From Faecousia sp. (GTDB taxonomy: Bacteria; Bacillota; Clostridia; Oscillospirales; Oscillospiraceae): DNA of 64,000 nucleotides. A program made the translations under genes and the position numbers. Numbering within the stretch: the first letter of the stretch is position 1; the number at the start of each line of letters is the position of its first letter. The stretch lies in assembly GCA_051867165.1 (NCBI GenBank), contig JBJDYI010000272.1, positions 1,341 to 65,340 of the forward strand. The letters run 5' to 3'. The notes beneath the pieces were generated by a model. The model searched no databases. It was not told where the DNA came from and saw nothing but the letters and a program-made list of their open reading frames with translations. Positions 57,736-64,000 of the stretch are shown here, in pieces.

Positions 57736-58167
57736 TTAGGAATTGTCGGCGGAATCGCCGGCGGTGTACCAGGTGCCGTCCACGGTGGGTCTTGCGGTGG
57801 ACAGGCTGGATTCGCCATTTTCCGCCACGTCGGACAGGTATTTCAGACCGTAATAGGTTTCACCGTTGACATAATACACGTCAATGAAGCCCGGGGCGTC
57901 ATACACGACTTTCAGGACGGCACCGGGGTCCAGTTTGCTGGTGGGGTTGGCAGACGCTTCGATGATCTCCGGGACGGTTTTTCCGCCATTCACCACTTCC
58001 ACATTCAGCAGGCCCAGTACCGCGCGCAGATTGGAGGCATCGGTGGCGGCTTTGGCTTTCTCGGTGGAGCTGGAGACCACAGGGACGATGATGGACACCA
58101 GCACCGCAATGATGGCGATGACCACCAGCATTTCGATGAGGGTAAAGCCATTTTTCTTAAATCGCAT
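57736..58167 (-). CDS. Type IV pilin (second/minor)
   Basis: KNG/FTLIEMLVVIAII class III signal. Confidence 0.92.
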   Translation of the reverse strand: MRFKKNGFTLIEMLVVIAIIAVLVSIIVPVVSSSTEKAKAATDASNLRAVLGLLNVEVVNGGKTVPEIIEASANPTSKLDPGAVLKVVYDAPGFIDVYYVNGETYYGLKYLSDVAENGESSLSTARPTVDGTWYTAGDSADNS

Positions 58168-58323
58168 GAAGTTTTCCTCGTTTATCAAAAATAAAGCATA
58201 GCTTTGAGTCCTGGAATCAGGGCGCAAAGCTATACCCACACCGGAGGGGACACAAACCGCAACCCGACGGCCTGTGTCCCGGAAGGTGTGAATCAAATGG
58301 GGTCTAAAGAGATGGGGAAGGAA

Positions 58324-58773
58324 TTAGGTGGTGGGGTACGCGCCGGTCTCAGCAATATGGGCCAGGGTGTCGATGTCCCAGGTCAGTTGAGAGCCGCTTG
58401 TACCTGTGACATAGCTGACAGCGACCTGATTATCAGTGCCGAGTGTAACGGTCATCGCTACATCGGTCAGCTCTTTGCTGTCGACTTTCAGTGCCTTTGC
58501 CTTGGGAGCGTCAACTTTGCCAACCTCAGTGGAACCAACCATAACCTTAACCACGCCAGCGGTGTTTGTATCCAGAGTAGCACCGGCGTTAGCGATGACC
58601 ATGATCTGGACAGAGGACTGGACGGAACGCAGGTTGGCAGCGTTGGTAGCGGCAGCAGCCTTGGTGGTGGAGTTGGAAACAACGGGAACGATGATGGAAA
58701 CCAGGACGGCGATGATGGCGATAACGACCAGCATTTCAATCAGGGTGAAACCCTTCTTGTTCATCTTGTTCAT
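58324..58773 (-). CDS. pilA: Type IV pilin (probable major pilin)
   Basis: KKG/FTLIEMLVVIAII; high-expression-type codons; followed by two hairpins. Confidence 0.9.
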   Translation of the reverse strand: MNKMNKKGFTLIEMLVVIAIIAVLVSIIVPVVSNSTTKAAAATNAANLRSVQSSVQIMVIANAGATLDTNTAGVVKVMVGSTEVGKVDAPKAKALKVDSKELTDVAMTVTLGTDNQVAVSYVTGTSGSQLTWDIDTLAHIAETGAYPTT

Positions 58774-58861
58774 TGGAAATTCACCTCATAAATATGTTTT
58801 ATTTGTTATATTCCATCCGGCGCGGGTTGTGACACCGGGGTATGGACGGTTGGGAAGGAAA

Positions 58862-60088
58862 TCAGACGCTACCGTACATGCCGAAGATGGGCAGGTACAC
58901 GGACAGCAGGATAAAGACCACCAGCGCCGCCAGGACGATGGTGATGCAGGGGTTCAGAATCTCCAGGGCCCGCTTCACGGAAACATCCACTTCCTGGGTG
59001 TAGTAATCGGAGACCACCGCCAGGGTGTCCTCCAGCTGGCCGGTCTCCTCGCCCACGGTGACCATTTCCACCAGCAGGGAGGGGAGCCACCGGCTTTTCC
59101 GCAGGCCCGCTGCCAGTCGGTTGCCCTCGATGATGCCGTTGGCGGCGGCCTCAATGTCCTCGCCGATCAGCAGGTTGGCCATGGTGTTGGCGGTGATCTT
59201 CACACCGCTGACCAGGGGCAGACCTGCGGCGATCATGGTGGACAGGGTGGCGGAGAACTGGGTGGCGGCGTTCATCTGGTTGATGAGGCCGATGCCCGGG
59301 GTGATCAGGCTCAATCTGGCGAAGAAATGGCGGCCGGCGTCGGTTTTGCCGTAAAGGGTGATGCCCAGGGCGGCGACTGCCACGATGGCGGCCAGCAGAA
59401 TCCAGTAGTCCACCATGAAGTGGCTCATGGCGATGAGCATCCGGGTGGGCAGGGGCAGCGTGTTGCCCATGCTGGAGAAGCTGTTCTCAAAGACAGGCAC
59501 GGCGAAGATCATGATGATGAAGATAACCACGATGGCCACGCAGATCAGCATGATGGGGTAGACCATGGCGGAGGCCACCTTGGACCCCACGGCGGCGGCA
59601 TTTTCGTAGTATTTCTGGAGCCGTTTGAAGGCATCGTCCAGATTGCCGGATTCCTCGCCGGCCCGGACGGTCTCGATGAAGGTGCGGGGCAGGCCCGGAC
59701 CACGGAGGGCGAAGGAGTCGGCCAGACCATTACCGGCGTGCACGTCGTCGGCAACCTCCGTGAGAATCCGCTTGATTTTCTTGTCCTCCTCGTTCTCGGC
59801 CACCAGCCGCAGAGAGGACACCAGAGGCAGACCCGCCCGCAGCTCGATGGACAGCTGGCTGCAAAGCAGCGCCAGAGGCTTGGGCTTGATCTTGCCGCCG
59901 GACAGCAGGTCGCCGATGTCGGCGTTCATCACATCATTCAGCTTGCCGGAGGAGACCGGCTCCACGCTGATCAGAACCCGGCAGTTGGCCTTGGCCTTGG
60001 TCATGGCGTCATTCTGGTCGAAGGCTTCCACAACGCCTTCCACATTGGCGCCGCTGGAGGTCATGCCTTTATAGCGGTATGTAGTCAT
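58862..60088 (-). CDS. pilC: Type IV pilus platform protein
   Basis: AGEESGNL, SAMVYP, VGEETGQL. Confidence 0.95.
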   Translation of the reverse strand: MTTYRYKGMTSSGANVEGVVEAFDQNDAMTKAKANCRVLISVEPVSSGKLNDVMNADIGDLLSGGKIKPKPLALLCSQLSIELRAGLPLVSSLRLVAENEEDKKIKRILTEVADDVHAGNGLADSFALRGPGLPRTFIETVRAGEESGNLDDAFKRLQKYYENAAAVGSKVASAMVYPIMLICVAIVVIFIIMIFAVPVFENSFSSMGNTLPLPTRMLIAMSHFMVDYWILLAAIVAVAALGITLYGKTDAGRHFFARLSLITPGIGLINQMNAATQFSATLSTMIAAGLPLVSGVKITANTMANLLIGEDIEAAANGIIEGNRLAAGLRKSRWLPSLLVEMVTVGEETGQLEDTLAVVSDYYTQEVDVSVKRALEILNPCITIVLAALVVFILLSVYLPIFGMYGSV

Positions 60089-60114
60089 GTTGGATTACTT
60101 CCTTTGTTGGTTTA

Positions 60115-61194
60115 TCAGAACAGGGTGGAACGGCGGACATATTCCGGGTCATGGGCATACTTGATGGCGACCTCGGAGCTGATTTTGCGCTGCTTGTACA
60201 GGCTGATCAGGGAGGCGTCCATCAGCTGACTGCCGTCATTGGCGCCGGAGAGAATGGCGTTGGCGATCTGGTGGGTCTTGCCCTCCCGGATCAGGTTCCG
60301 CACGGCGGGGGTGACCACCATCACTTCCGCCGCCAGCACACGGCCACGGCCGCTCAGGTGGGGCACCAGCTGCTGGCTGACCACCGCCTGCAGGCACATG
60401 CTCAGCTGCATCCGGATCTGCTCCTGCTGAGAAGAGGGGTACGCATCCACGATGCGGTCCACGGTATCGGCAGCGGAATTGGTGTGCAGGGTGGCAAAGA
60501 CCAGATGGCCGGTCTCCGCGGCGATCAGCGCCGTCTCGATGGTTGCCAGGGAGCGCATTTCGCCGATCAGAATCACATCGGGATCCTCCCGGAGGATGGA
60601 CTTCAGACCGTCCGCGTAGGACAGGGTATCCTGACCCACTTCCCGCTGGTTGATGATGCACTGGTCGGAGGTATAGACATATTCGATCGGGTCTTCCAGG
60701 GTGATGATGTGCTTGGGCTGGGTGTGGTTGATCCGGTCCAGCAGACAGGCCAGGGTGGTGGACTTGCCGGAGCCGGTCTCGCCGGTGACCAGCACAATGC
60801 CCTGCTTGAAATCCGTAAAATTCGCCACCTTGGGGGGCAAACCCAATTCCTCAAAGGCGGGAATCCGGTTGTTCAGAATTCGGATGGCGGCGGAAACATA
60901 CCCCTGCTGGCGGAACAGGTTCACCCGGCACCGGGTGCCGTCCGGCATCCCAATGGCCAGATCCTGCTCGCCGATGCGGGAGATATCGTCATAATGATCG
61001 GAAATCTCCTTGGCGTATTCCTCGCAGTCCTGGGCGGTCATCACGTTGGTATCCAGATTGTGCAGCTTGCCGTCCACCCGGACCCGGATGGGAATTCCGC
61101 AGACAATGTGAATGTCGCTGGCGCGAAGCCGCTGGGCTTTCTCGATGATTTCGGCAAGAGACAGAAACTTGCTCATAGGGGCGTTCTCCTTCAA
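60115..61194 (-). CDS. pilT: Retraction ATPase
   Basis: GETGSGKSTT, EDPIE, LREDPD, ETGHLVFATLH, AVRNLIRE. Confidence 0.95.
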   Translation of the reverse strand: MKENAPMSKFLSLAEIIEKAQRLRASDIHIVCGIPIRVRVDGKLHNLDTNVMTAQDCEEYAKEISDHYDDISRIGEQDLAIGMPDGTRCRVNLFRQQGYVSAAIRILNNRIPAFEELGLPPKVANFTDFKQGIVLVTGETGSGKSTTLACLLDRINHTQPKHIITLEDPIEYVYTSDQCIINQREVGQDTLSYADGLKSILREDPDVILIGEMRSLATIETALIAAETGHLVFATLHTNSAADTVDRIVDAYPSSQQEQIRMQLSMCLQAVVSQQLVPHLSGRGRVLAAEVMVVTPAVRNLIREGKTHQIANAILSGANDGSQLMDASLISLYKQRKISSEVAIKYAHDPEYVRRSTLF

Positions 61195-61203
61195 TATGGC
61201 AAA

Positions 61204-62904
61204 TTAAAGATCGGTGGAATTGACGGTGCGGTAGGCTTCGTCCACGGTGGTGGTGCCGTTCTGCACCAGACGGATACAGTCGTTGATCAAAGGCTCAAAG
61301 TCGCTCTCGTGGATCAGCTCCATCAGGCGGCTGTGGGGCACATTGTCGGCGATGGCTCTGCGGATCTCGGAATTCAGCACCAGAATCTCAAACACGGCGG
61401 TTCTGCCGCGATAGCCGGTGTTGAAGCACATGGGACAGCCCTTGCCCCGGTAGAATTTCCGGCCGGGCTGCACAGGCAGACGAAGCATCCGCTGCTCATC
61501 GGCAGAGGCGGTGTATTCCACGCGGCAGTTGGGACAGATCCGGCGCACCAGACGCTGGGAGATGATGCCCTTCAGCGCGGAGGAAATCAGGAAGCTTTCC
61601 ACGCCCATGTCCAGCAGACGGTCGATGGTGCTGGGGGCGTCGTTGGTGTGCAGGGTGGACAGCACCAGGTGGCCGGTGATGGCGGCCCGCATGGCAATAT
61701 CCGCAGTCTCGCCGTCACGGATCTCGCCCACGGCGATGATATCCGGGTCCTGACGCAGAATGGAACGAAGGCCGGAGGCAAAGGTCATGCCGGTCTTTTC
61801 GTTGATCTGTACCTGGTTCACGCCGTCGAAATTGTATTCCACGGGATCTTCCAGGGTGACCAGGTTGACTTCCTCGGTGTTCAGCTTGCCGATCATGGTG
61901 TACATGGAGGAAGACTTACCGGAGCCGGTGGGGCCCACGATCAGGATAACGCCGTTGGAATTTTCCAGCAGGGCGTTGAATTTCTGAAGATTCCGGCCGG
62001 TGAGGCCGATGCCCTTGGTGTTCAGCAGGGAGCTGGATTTGTTCAGCAGACGGATAACCACCTTCTCGCCGTAAACGGTGGGTAGGGTGGAAATACGAAG
62101 GTCCACGTCTTTCTCGCCGATGCGGACATTGCTTCGTCCGTCCAGGGGGATCTTGTGCTCGGCAATGTTCATGTTGCCCATGACCTTGATACGGGCGATG
62201 ACCGCACTCTGGGTGCCCTTGGGCACCACGAAAACCTGACGCAGAACACCGTCGATTCGCATGCGGACATACATGGCGTTTTCCCGGGGCTCCAGATGGA
62301 TATCGGAGCAGTTCTGGTTGACGGCGTATTCCAGGAAGCTGTTGACCAGCCGGATGGTGGGCGCCGCGTTCTCGGAATCCGCGCCAATGACATTGGCGGC
62401 GGCGATGTTCTGAAAATCGTCAGCGGCCTGATTCTCGGTGCTTTTCAGATCCTGCAGGGCCTTCTCTGCGGATTCGGAGCCGTAGAGGTCCATAATGGCC
62501 CGGGTGATGCCTCGGGCGGTGGCCAGCATGGGCACCACTTTCCGCTTTGCCGCCATCTTGACGGCATCCGTGGCAACGAAGTTCAGCGGGTCCGCCATGG
62601 CCAGGGACAGGGTGTCCGACGTGGCCTGCACGGGAACCACATTGTACTTCCGGGCAATGGAACGGGGCACCAGGTGGGTCATTTCCTTGGGGATGACCAT
62701 GCCGCTCAGATCGATATACTCCACGCCCAACTGACGTTCCAGAGCCTTGTAGACCCGGTTCTGGGAAGTGAAGCCCTGCTCCACCAGAATTTCCCCCAGC
62801 TTTTTGCCGGGGACTTTTTTCTGGATTTCCAGAGCCCTGTACAGCTGCTCGGGGGTAATACATTCGTTGGCGATCAAAATTTCACCAAGTTGTTTGTAAA
62901 CCAT
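61204..62904 (-). CDS. pilB: Assembly ATPase with MshEN-like N-terminus
   Basis: QLGEIL..KLGEIL, GPTGSGKS, LRQDPD, tetracysteine motif, GYRGR. Confidence 0.95.
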   Translation of the reverse strand: MVYKQLGEILIANECITPEQLYRALEIQKKVPGKKLGEILVEQGFTSQNRVYKALERQLGVEYIDLSGMVIPKEMTHLVPRSIARKYNVVPVQATSDTLSLAMADPLNFVATDAVKMAAKRKVVPMLATARGITRAIMDLYGSESAEKALQDLKSTENQAADDFQNIAAANVIGADSENAAPTIRLVNSFLEYAVNQNCSDIHLEPRENAMYVRMRIDGVLRQVFVVPKGTQSAVIARIKVMGNMNIAEHKIPLDGRSNVRIGEKDVDLRISTLPTVYGEKVVIRLLNKSSSLLNTKGIGLTGRNLQKFNALLENSNGVILIVGPTGSGKSSSMYTMIGKLNTEEVNLVTLEDPVEYNFDGVNQVQINEKTGMTFASGLRSILRQDPDIIAVGEIRDGETADIAMRAAITGHLVLSTLHTNDAPSTIDRLLDMGVESFLISSALKGIISQRLVRRICPNCRVEYTASADEQRMLRLPVQPGRKFYRGKGCPMCFNTGYRGRTAVFEILVLNSEIRRAIADNVPHSRLMELIHESDFEPLINDCIRLVQNGTTTVDEAYRTVNSTDL

Positions 62905-63243
62905 TCAAAATCTCCTGTGGGACACAAAACATAGCTGCCAGCAAAGGGCAGCAACTGAAAATATGGTATAAGTGAGGCCATTATACAAAAGTTTCCAAAA
63001 AATTGCAAGATGGCTCCCGGAGAAAAAACAGGTTTATTAAGTTTTCCTGAACTTTTCGTGAATATGTCCAAAAACAGAGGGAGTTTTTTTCAGGAACTAG
63101 CCACAATTTTGGAAAAAACTGGTTGCGGGAAAAATTGGAATATGCTATGATTGTACCATCTGTAATTATCGGGAATTGCGCCCTTTGGAGGCGCAAGAGA
63201 TTCCTATTGGTAGATAGAAAGTGTGAGAAAGGACGAAATCGAC

Positions 63244-64000
63244 ATGAGGAAACGTCTGGTTGAAAAATTGACCAAATCAAAGAAAGGATCTCTGGGCTAT
63301 ACGCTGACAGAGCTGTTGGTGGTGATCGGTATTCTGGCCGTGCTGTGCGCCATTGCCATCCCCTCTATCATCACCATCAGCCGCGCGCTGAAATTCCGGC
63401 AGCGCAACGACTACGCCAAGACGATTTTCTTGGCGGCACAGGAAAATCTGACGGAAATGCGCAGCGACGGCAGTCTGAAAATGATCTGGGATTGCATCGA
63501 GAATAACTATGGTGCGGGAAACGAACCTCACGTTTCCGGCTGTTCGGACTTCCCCGCCGAAACCTGGACTGACCAGTATTTCTATGTAACCACTGATGAA
63601 ACGGCGCTGTATTCTCTGGTGCTGCCGGTCAACAGCGTGGAAAGCACCCTGAGAAACCAGCAGGTTATCATTGAATTTAATCGCTATAACGGCAATGTTT
63701 ACGCTGTTTTCTACAGCGAAGAAGAGGAAGATATCTTCAGCCTGTACAAGACAGCTCCCGGTCTGCCCAGAAATGACGCGGCTGCCAGAAGAAGCATGAT
63801 GCTGGGCTACTATGATGGCAGCGGCCTGGCCAACCAGGAGCTGGAACTGGAGCAGACTAAGGCGGAGCTGGAGTATGTCAACGGCGAGGAGGGCGTTATC
63901 AAGGTCAGGATCCCCATGCCCGACGAATTTTACGGCAAGTTTGACGAATTCATGAGCGCATTGTCCGTGGAACTGACCATCACCGGCGATACCAGCAACG
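63244..64000 (+). CDS. Large pilin-like protein, runs off the window (not in the ORF track)
   Basis: MRKRLVEKLTKSKKGSLG/YTLTELLVVIGILAVL; RBS AGAAAGGA; frame appears open to the end. Confidence 0.85.
   Translation, partial: MRKRLVEKLTKSKKGSLGYTLTELLVVIGILAVLCAIAIPSIITISRALKFRQRNDYAKTIFLAAQENLTEMRSDGSLKMIWDCIENNYGAGNEPHVSGCSDFPAETWTDQYFYVTTDETALYSLVLPVNSVESTLRNQQVIIEFNRYNGNVYAVFYSEEEEDIFSLYKTAPGLPRNDAAARRSMMLGYYDGSGLANQELELEQTKAELEYVNGEEGVIKVRIPMPDEFYGKFDEFMSALSVELTITGDTSN

Noticed and set aside
58198-58310. c-di-GMP-I riboswitch (GGCGCAAAGCTAT...GGTCTAA)
   Set aside because: The fragments are on the strand opposite the pil genes, too far apart, and lack the GGCAAAC/GAAA P2 arm.

Overview
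This is a 64 kb window of a GC-rich, spore-forming Clostridia chromosome; the gene content looks Oscillospiraceae-like (my inference). Most of it is housekeeping, transport and regulatory genes: T-box-controlled metG, iscS-iscU-rrf2, alr, dnaD/dnaC-like, a Bce-type module, tRNA-Leu and a type IV pilus locus. Five things stand out. (1) A compact, intact, host-like 6.5 kb phage head/packaging operon (15208-21681) has no integrase, replication, lysis, tape-measure or baseplate genes, consistent with a domesticated GTA-like or capsid-only system. (2) The orphan 3' half of an alpha/beta SASP gene (51837-51956, missed by the ORF track) abuts a large serine recombinase that has a sigmaF-like upstream promoter, suggesting a skin-like element in a forespore gene. 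(3) Two decayed copies of the spoIVB 3' end (27061-27100 and about 24981-25094) separate gene cassettes downstream of spoIVB, suggesting a recurrent integration site. (4) An AT-rich islet after tRNA-Leu carries a MuF-barnase toxin with an in-frame UGA at a conserved Cys, plus barstar. (5) An apparently catalytically dead Fe-ADH is paired with an orphan EutN/CcmL pentamer gene, preceded by a candidate sRNA. All family calls come from motif recognition by eye; no searches were run.
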